From Phoronis australis (Eukaryota > Animalia > Phoronida): a stretch of 64,000 nt of DNA. Positions within the stretch are counted from its first letter, which is position 1; each line of letters begins with the position of its first letter. The notes under the pieces are model-generated. The model searched no databases. It had not been told where the DNA came from and worked only from the letters and a program-made list of their open reading frames with translations. Below are positions 50,487 to 62,209 of this stretch, piece by piece. Where the stretch lies: positions 1 through 64,000 of the forward strand of contig NMRA01000211.1 of assembly GCA_002633005.1 (NCBI GenBank). The letters run 5' to 3'. Made by a program: the position numbers and the translations under genes.

Positions 50487-53400
50487 CGTATTCACTGTTT
50501 AGTAAGTGGCCGAGTAGTGCAAGTGCAGTTAGCTAAATCCTCAGCTGTTAGTGGTGGAAGAAAATGTAATCTGAATTTCTCTGAACTTTCTTGTTTACCG
50601 ATCAAAAAATCCCCCAAAAATTCTGCCCCAGGGTTTTCTTGAATTCTGGGGCCAAATGCACCCAGTTGGCCCAAAGTACATGTAGTCAATGCATTTTAGG
50701 GTTCAAATGGCCAAGTGCAATGACTTGACCAACTTACTAATTATATTAAAATTATGCCTTAGTAATCACACTGTTATTTACAGTAATTCTAACCAATTAC
50801 AAGGTGCTTCACAGCGAAATTTTAAATAAAACTTTAAAATTGGGAATTTTAACTTTCTAATGCTAAATTTTGGTATCTTTTCTAACCTAAAACACAGTTT
50901 ATCTCCTAATATCTCAAAAGCTGTTAACTCCAGTCATCTGATAATTTACATTGCCGTTACATGGAAAGATGTGATGATGATAAGTCACAGACACATATGT
51001 TCCAAGGACTGGTGGTAAATATATTGACCTAATTGTTCACCCAGTAATAGTTTGCAATATGCATCATAATGAACATTCAGTCACAACAGCATTCAAAAAG
51101 TTTTATTTTATCGAGCATCATCATGATCCAAATAATTTTGCTTTTTTCAAAGTATGTTACACATTTTCACTGACTACATGTATAACTACAAGCACTTCGC
51201 AATTTAGGGATTTGCACAAATCTGTGGTTTGCAATCAACTTCTGTTTTATTGAGCTGACCTCCACTTTTACATCTGACTACAATGAAGCATCAATGATGT
51301 GTGGACTCATGGAAGGATACAAAGTTACATAATGCACGAAATAAGAGGTCATTCCACTTGATCAACATAACTGTGTTTAGAAATAAAAAGACAGAATCAA
51401 TCCACACACCTTTCGACAAATGGAATGATAAACTGCACTTCCAGCAAATTTGTCCCACTAAAACATCAGAAATTGCAGCAACATTAATTGAAAATAGTTT
51501 TATTTCTACTGTCCATGGAGCATCTAATTATCATTCCAGAGGAGAAAATAATAGAACATCTAGGTACTTTCAAAGTTCATAACATTATTCATTGGCTACA
51601 ACATCAGCCGTTGCACAGTTTCAATTGCACAGAACTTGTCTAACACTTCACCTGTGGCTAGAGAACAAAGAACTGTCAAAAGTAGCATGTTATTGCACCA
51701 ACAATTGTAGGAGGTACTGAAAGTCAAGGCTTTGTCGCACTGGCTGAGCATAGAACAGACATTACGTTGTGCGTTTTGTTTGAATGGACTTAATATGGGC
51801 ATACAGTCACGATTAATAAAGTGGTGAACTCGAACCAGTGTTCAGTCTACCATTGCATCAAAATATTAGAACAGATCGGTGACAACCTGCGTCCACCTAT
51901 CCATGGGGTAAAACGTGAAAAGAGCTTAGACTAACAGACTCGGGCTGAGAACTCACTAATGGAATGCTCTCAGAAACAGAATTTTTTCACACATTACCAG
52001 TCCTGTTTGAAGCATTTGCTTTGGTTTGGAAATTACTCCCAATGTTAGGCATGGCTTTTGATAAACTTTGAGACTATATGAAATTTAAAAGGCCTGTTTA
52101 TTTCCATAGGATATGTGGGAGAGCCATGAAAACAAGGAGAGGTGAAAGTGTAAGAGGAGGTAGAGGAAGTAAATGGAAGTCAGTCGCTACAGCTACTCTA
52201 GGTCCAGCTTCAGTGACCCCAGCTCATCGTGGTCTGCAAGGTTATGCATCTTATCAAGATGACGTACAGATACTTTATCATGAATAGCAAACACGTGAAA
52301 AAACAACTCAAAAATTCTAGTTCAGAGAATAATTTATGACTTGTAAATATATAGAATATCCAATATTTAACCTTCTATGTCATTTTACATCTTGAAAAAA
52401 TAAGGAGCCATCATATTTTACACAGATTGTCATGTGGTTATCATTTGTCTAATGATGCAAAATAAGATGTGACATCAACTTTTGAATAAAGTTCCAGTTT
52501 TTTCTAGTAGTGAGCTGAGCTTGTAGCTAAGTGAATTATAAGAATACAAGATGGGATAAATATCTCTTTTCCATAATTAGTGAAAAATCTCCTAATTTTC
52601 ACTGAGAGAAGAGTAAATGCAATGACCAAATGAGCAAGTGCGACACATTTCGGAGAAGGAGGTAGAGAGTGTTGAACCTTTAACAGAAGAAATCCGAACA
52701 TCACTCATTCTTTGCAAGACGCGCTGATGAGATTTGAAAGGGAAAGGAGGGTGTCATAAAAACAATAAATTTGCTATCGTCCACGGCTGAGTGTGCACCA
52801 GCTGCATCATGAATTCTGTGGACACCACTGAAACCTGTAGACAACGTGTCATCATAGTCTCCATAGCGGTACATATTGATGCTATCTCCTGCAACTTCCT
52901 CCCCACCAAACTCTTCATCTCCAAATCCAACATCGCTAATATCCACATCATCAAGGATACTTTCTGGACTGCAACAAGAGAAAGCGTGATGATCTTGCCC
53001 TTTAGAATTTCAAAAACGACACAACACCTAGCTCCCGTAACGCACTTGAAGGACTACTAAGTAACAGGGCTCGCATTATGTGCACTGGCGAACAGTTAAA
53101 TACAGTTCGTTCAGAATTTAAATGTTTTATACATATGGCGTTTGATGATGCCTTACGATGCCTTCTTTAGTCATGTTGCAAGACCTAATGGTTAGTACTG
53201 TGAAAGGATTTCTGTCCTGTCAGGGCTTCCAACCTGAGATTCATTGCTGTCCATGCACTGAGCTATTATGACCAATCGTCAGTAGAAGATATATTTCAAT
53301 AAATACATTAACATTGTCAGCACTGAACAATAATGATGTATTTTTATTAAAAATTGGATAACTCATAATTTAAATGTGAACACAATGGTTATGTTGCACT

Positions 53401-54256
53401 TACAGTTATCGTCCAGGTCATCGCATGCTAGGTCCTCAGAAACATCAATCAATAGCCTGTAATATAGAGAGTCAAAAATGTTCGAGTGTTTCTCTTTTAA
53501 AGCATTAGTCAGTTTGTATTTATTGGATTTCACCAAATATCGCCTAACCACGATTAAGTTATGATAAAAAAAACAATCCATGTACTGCATGGTCTCTATA
53601 TTTAGAACTCAGAAAACAGATTTAGGAAATTCTATCCAGAACACACACTTATGACCTGATGTCACAAATTTCATGGATTGTCTATGCTACAGATAAAAAC
53701 TCCTCAAAATCCCAACGTTGCCTTTGAATATAAACTTTTAAATTATACAGCAATCAACTTCAAAAAAGAAAAAAGGTCTAATTCGGTGCAAAGACATGTA
53801 TGTGCAAATGCAATCAGTGAATTCAACTCTACCCACACTGTATTCAAATAAGTTGGGAATACCAATGTGTCACATTAAAAACACAAATATGACAAGATTA
53901 GTTGCAAAATGACCTATAAAACCATACCTAATAGGTGCTATTTAGTCAAAAGGGTCACCAAAACTCCTGCCCATCTCCATTTTGATGTATTTACTTTTAG
54001 TTACATATTTGCAAATCACAAATATATACAGTGCATGTAAAAAAAGTATGCAAAATTCAGTCATGCTTAGGAGAGAAAACTGTGCACACCATTCCTGACC
54101 ATACCAGACATGTAGAAAAATCCATTTTATTGGAATATACCATGCAAAATATATGCACAAATATTTCACAATTCAATCATCAGTTAGAACACTAAATAGT
54201 TTGTTGTCAAGATAATTCATGAGCACTAACTAGTTCTCTCAAATTTTAAAGATCAG

Positions 54257-54471
54257 GGGCATGTTCCAACAGAACTGACTTAGCTAAGACAATTTTCAAC
54301 TTTTAGTAAATTTTAAAATAAAGTTAAATTTGTCTCAAAACCAATTCAAGAAAGTGTTTGACATAAGTTTTGTCTTAACTTACCAAAATTGGAACTTTCA
54401 AAGTTTGGAAGTTAAAGACAAATCTTAGACTTAAGTAAAAAATGATCTTGTCAATTTCTTGGAACCGGCTC
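54257..54471. mobile_element. Harbinger-like MITE
   Basis: Imperfect TIR gggcatgttccaacagaactgac / gtcaatttcttggaaccggctc. Confidence 0.5.
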
Positions 54472-55740
54472 TAGTACTTTCACATCACCTTTTAATGAAT
54501 GACCTGGATACAAACGTCAAGGCTTCGTCGTCACAGACAGAATCAATTGCGTCGATTCCAGAAAGCTCAAGCCCACTGAAAATATACCATTGCCATAATC
54601 ACATTTAGGTGATAAAGAAAGTTACCACGAGTTCAACATTTGTCAGCAATTAATCGAGGGTGCCAGGCAGTCATACGAACAGACTTTGAGTCATAAGCAC
54701 AAAACACTGCATCATTTGGAAGAACGCTTCATTTATACATACAAAGCACAACATGATGTGTACAAACGGACAGTCATGCACACAAAATTACTAATCAGAT
54801 ATACAAATAACATGTAAGAACATAGTTCTTCTACAGATACATTTTACGTTGCCATTTTGCTTAGTGCCAGACTCCTTGGGAAAACGAATGATGACCACCA
54901 TCACTAGAAAATGTTTACGTAATTATGTGATATTACTTCATACCCCTGTTTTTTTGTTTTATCCGTTTCTTTCAAGTTAGTTTACATGCATGAATTTTTG
55001 TTCATACATTTGATATGGTTTGTATCTACGATTCAAGTGTTATTATGGATAATGGCTCGTACATATGAATCGAAGTTTGCATGTTTGATTGCCTTGTTCT
55101 AGTTAAACAGGGTTATTTCAATTGGTACAGTTTAGAAGCTCATAACTGTGGGAGACATGGTCAAATAAGCCTACGGCTTTTACATTTTCACTCTTGACAT
55201 CCCAAGGCTTAATGAGTGCAAGCTCAGAAATATTTCTAACAATGGCAAGCTGGAATGATTTGATTTAAATTAGTAACCCTCACAAAAAACTGACTTGGAG
55301 TTTTCAACAAATGCAATTTTCCATGTCATGTATTGTTGTAGACACGAACACTAGTAGCTGAAGATGTACACAATATGCTTTCACTGAAAAAATAATTTCT
55401 AGAATACCTTTGAACAAACTGGGGAGTTGCAGGTGTTGCTGATACGGCTTTAGGTTCTGACTCTGTGGAGACTTGTCTAGACATTGTTGAAAATCTTTCA
55501 CTTTGTGCCACTTCATACCTACAGTGCAAAAATGAAATTACAATAACCTAGTTATTAACTACAGGTACAGATGTCAAAGCATACAGGTGGTACAATTCGC
55601 CGCCATAATAACAACCAAACTACATGAATAACCATCACAAAAAATGCGAGTGCAATTCATTACTAAATTTCTTCTTGCGAATTGGAATTTGTTACCAAAA
55701 TTATGCTCAGTTAATGTATTTTTGAATTTTGAAAATTGAT

Positions 55741-56282
55741 CGAATTGTGCCACATTGATTAAACCATCAAAGTCATGCTGCCTTAAGTACCTTTATAACA
55801 TAGACATGGTAACCTTAGGAGGCTGTCAATGTCTTTAATTCCTTCCAACTTGAACAAATACTTTGGTAATCAAGATTTCTTTCTGATTCGTTTCTTTGTT
55901 CATCTACAATATCATTTTGCACAGGTATGAGTGGTACAACCCTTGCGGCCAAGTTTCAAGCACTAGCACACTCTGGTGATCACCAGTGTAGTGCTTTAAT
56001 GATTGATTTACTCCGTCATGGAGGTCGATCTCAATGTGATTTCAAAACGCTACAGCAATGATTCAATTAATCAATACAGAATTGGGCCAGTTTCCCAAAA
56101 ATGGTCAGTCCATGATTTTGTTACCGTAACGAAGGACAGAAAATTGACTCCTAATGCCCGTTCGTATTTGACCGAGCTGGGAAGAGTTTAAGACATTACC
56201 ATACCCCTATGGTATCCCCCTATCTGCAAAAGTTCGTTGCAGCAACATGACTTTGATGGTTTAATCAATGTGGCACAATTCG
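55741..56282. repeat. 41-bp inverted repeat pair, ~460-bp spacer
   Basis: cgaattgtgccacattgattaaaccatcaaagtcatgctgc (55741-55781) and its reverse complement at 56242-56282, one mismatch. Confidence 0.85.
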
Positions 56283-57544
56283 CCAAAAAACTTCCAACTG
56301 GTGGAGGGCCTATTGGTCAGTTGAGATGGTGGTACTATCTCAAAGTAATAATGCTTTGCAATTTCTCTTAGTGTTTCAAGAATTATCAACTGCAAACAAC
56401 TAAACAAGTCGTCAATATAAGTAGGTCATAGGCCTAGCCACAAGTATAGGCTTAGCCGCTTAGCTAAATGTCAACAGACTGAGACAATGCAACTCGGTGA
56501 ATTTTATGTCTGACAGTTTAACTTTCACACTCTTCACTTTCTCAGTGAGTTCTCGGACCATTACTTTATTGGATCGAGGTGATTTTAATAAGCTGGGGCC
56601 GCGCAATGTTCCGATAACTACCGAAGTATGCAGGGCCGAACAAGTACATGAACTTACCTTTCGCATGATCAAGCTATCGTTTGGCCAGCTCGGAATTAGT
56701 GACGGATAGCTCACTTCTATAAGATTCCCAGCGGCAGTGCTCTGTACCCAAATAAATTCGTCGTTTATTAACTTTCAGCTGCAAGACTTGCCTTCTTTTC
56801 TTTCTAACTGAGTCGGTTAGCTTAGACGAAAGCTCCATTTTCTTGCCCAGCTTTCCACTGTCCGACATCTTGTCTTGTATTGTCTTGCAAAACTGTGTTA
56901 GCACCGTTCTCTGACACGTAGTGTAAATGAATAATAGTCCACTGCAGATCAGCATGATCAAATCTCAAGTAATGGTCCAATCATGAAGAATCGTAGAGGT
57001 AGGCACAAAATACACGGCGCGATGTATAAAGCACATTGGGTGGCAAAGTATTCACTCCACAACACTCTTGACACTGAATCAGCTGTTCGTGTGTCGAATG
57101 ACTGAGCGCATACGCGCATTTATAACAAGTGAAAGGAAGATAGGCAGGTATAGGTGGTTACCACACAAGCTTTTATTCGTACTTCTTTCAAAAACCATGA
57201 ATTGGGTCATTTTTTCTGGAAATTCCTTCTCAGGGGGAAGTGAATAACTTTTTAGTAAAGGTTGAAGGAAGGTACTTTGGTTAGGGATCGTTTAAAACGT
57301 ATTTTTCACGAGTTTTCGCGGTCCATGCCACTTTAACTACGCACTACGTGAAATAAGATTTTGGATATGAAGCAGATAGATTCAAGTGGAAATACAAACC
57401 AGAATCAGTTTCTGTGCGCTCTTAGGCCCTCTGCTGTACTGGGTAAATTTGGCATGTCCAAAAATATTTTCTATTTCGTTTCCATTGTACACAAGCATAA
57501 AAAACCGACATTATTACAAACTGTGTATAATTATAACTTATTAC

Positions 57545-58260
57545 CTGGGTGTTTCTCCGGGAACGTTGGTTCTATCTTTCTGTTGTCTAGACTGCCGAGG
57601 AATCTGTACATCGGATCCAATGGTTTGCTGCTCTTGGAACCATTCTACCCAGACATCTTCCACGTTTGTTCGTTTGTTCCCAACGCTTGCACTTCGTCAA
57701 CTGCTGTGTCAATGAGCTTGTACGCCTCTACATTGTCAGCATCTTGTTTCGCTACTCAGTTGGCAATAAGCCCCCTGAGATAACCAAGTCCATTCAAAAC
57801 ACTTACAGCATGCGCAACTAAATTCGATCCGTCCATCATGGACTACTTCAAACCTTGACGATGTATCCCAGGACCCATTTGCATCTCTTGCAATTTTCGA
57901 AATAAACGTCCCAATGACTAAACGCTTGAAACCCGAAGTACTAACATCAAATAAATGCCCATGGGCATAGACGTTTCTTCGGGTGGGCCTTTCTGCGGAA
58001 ATTCCCAGTATATAAAACGGCAGTGGTGTTTATTGCAGGTAGAAAGACGGTAGGTGTTGACGTCGGCATTAGGGCTCCTTAGGAGGCCCGTTGAACATCG
58101 CAAGACTCCCTCAAGACTTTGTTGTGAAAATACAGCCTCCCCGCAATTTCTGGTACTGTATACTGTTCGAGAATGCGGTCACTTTGTCAATGTGAGTGCC
58201 CCCTTGGTCATTCCTTGTATACACATAACTTGTTAGAGTGCATCTTCAAACAGACTCGCA
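57545..58260 (-). pseudogene. hAT transposase remnant (THAP12/ZMYM1-like)
   Basis: Minus strand: VLNGLGYLRGL...KQDADNVEAYKLIDTAVDEVQAL / VEDVWVEWFQEQQTIGSDVQIPRQSRQQKDRTNVPGETP. Confidence 0.6.
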
Positions 58261-58566
58261 ACCAGACCACGGGGCAGGCCACAATAGCAATTCTTCGCCG
58301 GGAAAACGAGTTTTTTTCAAGTATTACATGTACATGTACACTGTATGATATTGCGCAAGACAACTTTACTAAACATCAGTCAAATTCGAGTTACAAACAT
58401 GTGGGGTGTAATAGGATGACATGGCATGACAGATGAGGTAAAAAAGGTTGCACGTCAATTCGCCTGAATATCAGGATTGCTGCACCACAGTATTTCCCCT
58501 AATCAAATCAAAACATATCTTAAAGAAACTAGTTATCTAAATAAATCAGCTATAGTGTTGCTCTTT

Positions 58567-58895
58567 CAGTGGAGGATCCATCTAAAATGCTTGACTACTT
58601 CAGAAGTGTCGTCGGAAGCGCGCGCACAATTGTTCTCCGGGGTTTTGCCGACAAGCCACGAAGACTCGAAACGCGTTGATTTTCATAACAGCAATTCACA
58701 ATGCAAAAAAAATTAGTTTCAGAGTTAACCCCGCCACTCCCCCATTTTTTTCCAAGTTGGTTTACTTGGGGTTTACACACGCTGGCGGTGCCGTTTTTGT
58801 TTTGCTGAAGACGTTTTTGTTATTTTTTTTCTAATTTTTGGGTTCTGGCCGAGGGGGGACTTAAAACCCCTGAATCCTCCCGTAGATCCGCCACT
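58567..58895. mobile_element. CAGTGGCGGATC-family MITE
   Basis: cagtggaggatcca ... tagatccgccactg; no TSD retained. Confidence 0.65.
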
Positions 58896-60688
58896 GACAA
58901 GTGAGTTGAAATGTGAATGTCTATACCTAAGCATAAAAGTCTAACCCTACGACCATAGTAAGCTACATATTTTGTAGATAGCATTGAGAGAGTTCCCAAA
59001 AATAGTGCGGTGTAAATGCATTAAACTCGGCCAAGAAACAAAACAGCAGAAATTTGAGATTTGTTATTCTGCTATTTTGGTTTTAATTGCAAGCACATTA
59101 CGGTAGAGGGGAAGGCATTTTCAAATTTTGAACTGAAGGTGATCGTCAAAAATCCAAATATGTTGTTCATCCAGTGTCCACTTTGATTGTGGATTGGTGG
59201 ATTGATATGAATGCCTGTACACGTTTGAATGTTTTTGTTCTTTTAAATTCAGTACACGCTGACGGTAAGTTCATTATAGGAAGTCATCCGTCGTGCTAAA
59301 AAAACAGACATTCAACTACCCTGTTTTCTTGCACTGCTTAAATGACGAGTGCTTCGAGCTTTAATTAGTTAGCCCAGCCAGCACGCAGGTATCACGCAGT
59401 GGCACGCGCTTTAGAATTGGTCGATGTATCCTCGGCAGTCATGGTTAGCTTTACAACACCGTGAAAAAATGGCGGACTGTGAACGATTTTTAGCCTTGTC
59501 ATGCAAGTGGCGTTGCAGCAACTATTTCGTTTTCTGCAGTGATGTTTAATAGCCGCGTGCTCGAAGCACATACATGTACAATAAACACATATCTGACCAA
59601 TTTAACCGATGTGTTATTCATACTGTATGAATACAGGACACTATCGGAAACAAAAGTCATCGACAGTAGAAAGATGCATTCTGAAAAGTCACAATGACAA
59701 TTTCTAGGCTTCACATTTCCTGAGAATAAATTTTAAGCACCGATTTGTTTGTACAACAGACCACATTTACATGGGTCCATCAATCGTGCCAGTTTGGTTG
59801 CGTAAAGTGCTGCCTGTTGAGAATTCGACCAGCCAATCAGAAACGCCGATATAAAAAAATTACCTAGTGCAGCAGGCGCTACTCCGTCCACAGCGGTTTG
59901 CCCAAGATTACTTGATATGCAAAGTTCTGTGTTGTTTACCACAAGCCGCAACTGGCTTAAGACTCAAGAACCATGTTATTAATTCTCAAGAGTTCCCGTG
60001 TCACCTGACCGGAGACAAGGGGTATCAATCGGACCCGAAGAGGTCAAAGTCAAGATACTCCTGACCAGACGCCCCAAAAGTGGGATGATTGGGTTAGAGA
60101 GGCCTCCCACTCTAGAGCCACTGATCAATCACCCGAGAACAGAGAATGGTTCCAACAAGGTTTTCGGCATCTCATATCGTTCGAAACAACAACGGCTGCT
60201 GAAGACAAAAAAAACCCTCTTCCCAAACCCGATTCCGCAAAGTTTAGTCTGAGTAAACCCAGTCCATGTGTTGCCGCGTGGAGGCACTGCACGAGTCTTG
60301 TTGTGGGAGAAGCTATGTATTGACAGTCGGAACTGAACAGCGGCGGAAGCTGAAAGCAGAGCACTAAGCAGAGCTAAATACTACTAACTACACTACCACA
60401 CTAGACGCTAAGCGCCACAACCTGTGGTCGAAACCTCCAACACCCCCCCCCCCCTTACNNNNNNNNNNACCCCCCCCCCCCTTACTGAAAACGTAGATCC
60501 GCCACTGCATATGTATTTGTATGTATGTTTCAAAAATAAAAACTGTTATTACATATATTGCTTATCTTTTAAATTATTTTATTTCGTTTAAAATAATTGC
60601 AATGTAAGTACAACCAACCTATTGGGATGTGTCAGTTCGTCAAAATTCACGTTTTGAGCCAATGTAACTACCATACAAGAGGTTTCTG

Positions 60689-60769
60689 ATTGTCCTCCAT
60701 ATGAAGATCCGGGTTATTGACCTACATATGAAGATCCGGGTTATTGTCCTCCATATGAAGATCCGGGTC
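60689..60769. repeat. 27-bp tandem repeat x3
   Basis: attg(t/a)cct(c/a)catatgaagatccgggt(t/c). Confidence 0.95.
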
Positions 60770-61589
60770 AAAGAAAAGGTCACAAGTAGTTCTATTTAAT
60801 GAGGCTATTCGGAAAATCTACAATAAATAGAGGGCGAGCGTGTACTAGTGGTGATAGATTAACAGCCTCGATTTCGCGAGCCCTTTAAATACATGGTGAA
60901 ATGGCTTGCAGCCGTGCCAACTGAATCTGAGATTGCGTAAAAAGGGTGCTTCTATGAGAGGAAGTAAGCACGACCTCATACAAAGGTAAGGTTTGTGATT
61001 ATTTTAACGATTATTCCATGATTATTCTACCGATGCCTGTTAACTGAGGCACTCGCCGATGTCGACTTCGCGGCAGTCAGTCGCCAGCCAGAGTCTGGTT
61101 AATCTTTGTATGTTGTGATATGTGATACGATACTTAACGTAGCAATCGGGATATTTTCGTACATCAAAGCATTATTATTGTTTGGAATGATTTCTAAAAG
61201 TTTATCAGTGACAGTTACATCAATCAATGCTGAATGTTCATGCTGTCAACTCGATACAGGTTAATGAGTTAAGATTACAATCCAATCCCAATGGCAAAGG
61301 GTACGTGAGTGATAAAAAATCCATTGCATTAGACTATTTGTTCAATCTCAAGCAGAGACAAAGGCTTTACTAAAATGTGTACAGTGTCGAGGTTTGCAAA
61401 ATACCAAAGGTCCACCGTTCTTGAAATTCGAACCACCCCCCGCTCAGTGCTGCATACGGGCCTGAGTAGGATATATGCATTTGAGTAGTGAGATAGGAGC
61501 GTCTAATATAAAGAGGCCCCTGCATCGAACAAACCTCTGCATGCTACTGCCCCACCGCTAAAAATGTCTGCTTGCAGAATGTTGCTTGA

Positions 61590-62052
61590 CATTATGCAAA
61601 TGGTTTCAAACGGTTACATGGCGGGTAAATCTGGTCGAACTCTGATATTTGATCGTGTGTGGCGGGGCCAATCCAGTACTAGACTTGACTCGCAGTGTTT
61701 GTTCATGATACATGGGCTTACGTAGAATATTTTGCAACTGGTTTCATGCGGTTACCTCTTGGGTTGCTTTACCTCAATTTCAACCCTTTTTTAGTCGTCT
61801 GGCAGGGACACCCCACCACTGAAATTGTCTGGCATCTTACTGTTGGTTTCAAACGGTTACCTCTTGGGTTGACCTAGCTCAAGTCATGCATTTGGGCGTG
61901 TCTGGCGGGGCTAACCCACCACTAGATTTGTCTGGCAGTGTTTATAAGTGATACCTGAGCTTACGGTGAATATTTTGGAACTGGTTTTAAGCGGTTACCT
62001 CTTGGGTTGATCTAGCTCAATTTTAAACCCTTTTTGATAATCGTCTGGCAAG
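61590..62052. repeat. Diverged satellite-like array, four ~110-135 bp subunits
   Basis: Recurring tggttt(c/t)aa(a/g)cggttacctcttgggttg ... gtctggc. Confidence 0.8.
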
Positions 62053-62209
62053 CATGTCGTTAACGTCTACTGTATCTGTATTAACTGTTTTAACTTCTTT
62101 CGAAACATTCAAACAAGCTTTAAGCAAAATGTTGGAAATGTCGTTGTAAAAGCCAGGAGTGTCTCTCACAGGAACGACAGTGGCATTCATTAGCTATGGG
62201 CCACGTACG
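62053..62209 (+). repeat. 157-bp dispersed repeat, copy 2
   Basis: Near-identical to 898-1054. Confidence 0.9.

Larger units (their letters stand above)
52705..56868 (-). pseudogene. Intron-rich N-terminal part of a Kolobok-type transposase gene
   Basis: Exon ~56868-56659 MSDSG...NKRRIYLGTEHCRWESYRSELSVTNSELAKR*LDHA|gtaag. Small AG/GT-bounded exons at ~55519-55408, ~54576-54505 and ~53456-53404. Acidic exon ~52969-52705 ends DDSKFIVF, as in the element at 4091. Confidence 0.55.
49627..57332 (-). mobile_element. Kolobok-like DNA transposon, 7.7 kb, defective
   Basis: TTAA|agtggattggaacgtgaaaaattg versus reverse complement of the right end TTAA|agtggcatggaccgcgaaaactcg (18/24 match). Contains a multi-exon minus-strand remnant. 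Confidence 0.75.

Noticed and set aside
57361-57783. 140-aa plus-strand ORF
   Set aside because: It is the antisense shadow of the minus-strand hAT transposase remnant.
60441-60486. Duplicated poly-C + ttac around an N run
   Set aside because: Assembly gap artefact at a homopolymer.
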